DNA from: Eledone cirrhosa
Lineage: Eukaryota
Direction of reading: 5' to 3'
DNA length: 64,000 nucleotides
Assembly: GCA_964016885.1 (NCBI GenBank)
Contig: OZ024744.1
Location: forward strand, 42,346,001-42,410,000
Shown: in pieces, positions 63,131-64,000 of the stretch
Layout of the letters: each line of letters begins with the position of its first letter
Position numbering within the stretch: position 1 is the stretch's first letter
Program-made: the position numbers and the translations under genes
The notes under the pieces: model-generated
Databases searched by the model: none
Told to the model about the DNA's origin: nothing
Seen by the model: the letters and a program-made list of their open reading frames with translations, nothing else

Positions 63131-63281
63131 AAATAAGAATAAATAATCATAATAGGCCGTCACATACAAATAAACAAATAAAAAAAAAGGATTAAAAAAT
63201 AATAATATAAAAAGTATTATTAAATTAACAGGGATACAAGAAGGCAAAATTTAAAATAAAAATAATAATAATAATAATAAT

Positions 63282-63345
63282 GCTTTCTTTATTAACCACA
63301 AGGGTCTACATAAAGTAGACGTTAAGGACAGTACAGGACAATACA
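63282..63345 (-). mobile_element. 64-bp 3'-terminal stub of Tx1 family A inside (AAT)n
   Basis: Matches the reverse complement of about 18407-18470; (AAT)n on both sides. Confidence 0.85.
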
Positions 63346-63374
63346 ATGATAATAATAATAATAATAATAATACT

Positions 63375-64000
63375 AATTTGGTATTAGTAAGTGTGGAGTC
63401 CTAGTGATGAAGAGGGGTAAATTGAGCAGAAGTAACGGAATCCAGGTACCAACAGGTGAGATGATAAAGGAAATTGACACTGAAGAAGGATACAAGTATT
63501 TGGATGTTCTGGAGGCTGATGACATCAAGAACAAAAAAAATGAAGGAATTGATAAGATCAGAGTACATTCGGAGAGTAAAGAGCGTATTAAAGTCACATC
63601 TGAACAGTAGGAATGCCATAAGTGCAGTAAATTTCCGAGCTGTGTCTATTATTAGGTACAGTGCGGAAATTCTGAGATGGAATATTGCCGAACAAAAAGA
63701 AATGGATAGGAAGACTAGGAAACTATTGACTATCTACAACATGTTCCACAAGAGGAGTGATGTCGATAGACTCTACTTAAGGAGATCTGAAGGTGGAAGA
63801 GGTCTTATCAGCATAGAGGACTGTGTTCAGATGGGGAAAAACAAACTACACAAATACGTGACTGATAGTAAGGAGCCAATGCTCAGAACTGTACTGAAGG
63901 AGAGGACAATAGACCAGGGGATGTCCAAGGAGGAAATAACAACAAGGAGAAAGAGCAGCCTTCATGAAAAATCCCTTCATAGTACCTTCTTTGAGAAAAC
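63375..64000 (+). mobile_element. R4/Dong copy C, 5'-truncated, runs off the window end
   Basis: Near-identical to 46354-46975; starts right after (AAT)n. Confidence 0.9.

Overview
Eukaryotic, gene-free, repeat-saturated window. Microsatellite-rich; the SINE families resemble those I associate with octopod cephalopods, an inference from repeat sequence only. No host gene was recognisable. Contents: (1) L1/Tx1-clade non-LTR retrotransposons (ORF1 with CCHC knuckle; ORF2 APE-RT-CCHC), whose intact ends all abut (ATT)n, including one full-length copy with an open 1115-aa ORF2; (2) R4/Dong-type RT-RLE LINEs with (TAA)n tails; (3) Penelope-like RT/GIY-YIG remnants and pLTR-like units carrying hammerhead-ribozyme motifs; (4) a decayed RepHel Helitron and a non-autonomous Helitron with the same 3' hairpin; (5) many SINEs, MITEs, and hAT and RTE remnants. 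Most notable: a consensus splice donor (AG|GTAAGT) overlaps the ORF1 stop in all four Tx1 ORF1/ORF2 junctions, and removing a 51-53 nt intron would fuse ORF1 in frame to ORF2. The Tx1 family appears (ATT)n-targeted and shares an in-register 3' terminal motif with the dominant tRNA-SINE. Two independent R4 copies share a TGA at a Trp position between RT and the endonuclease.
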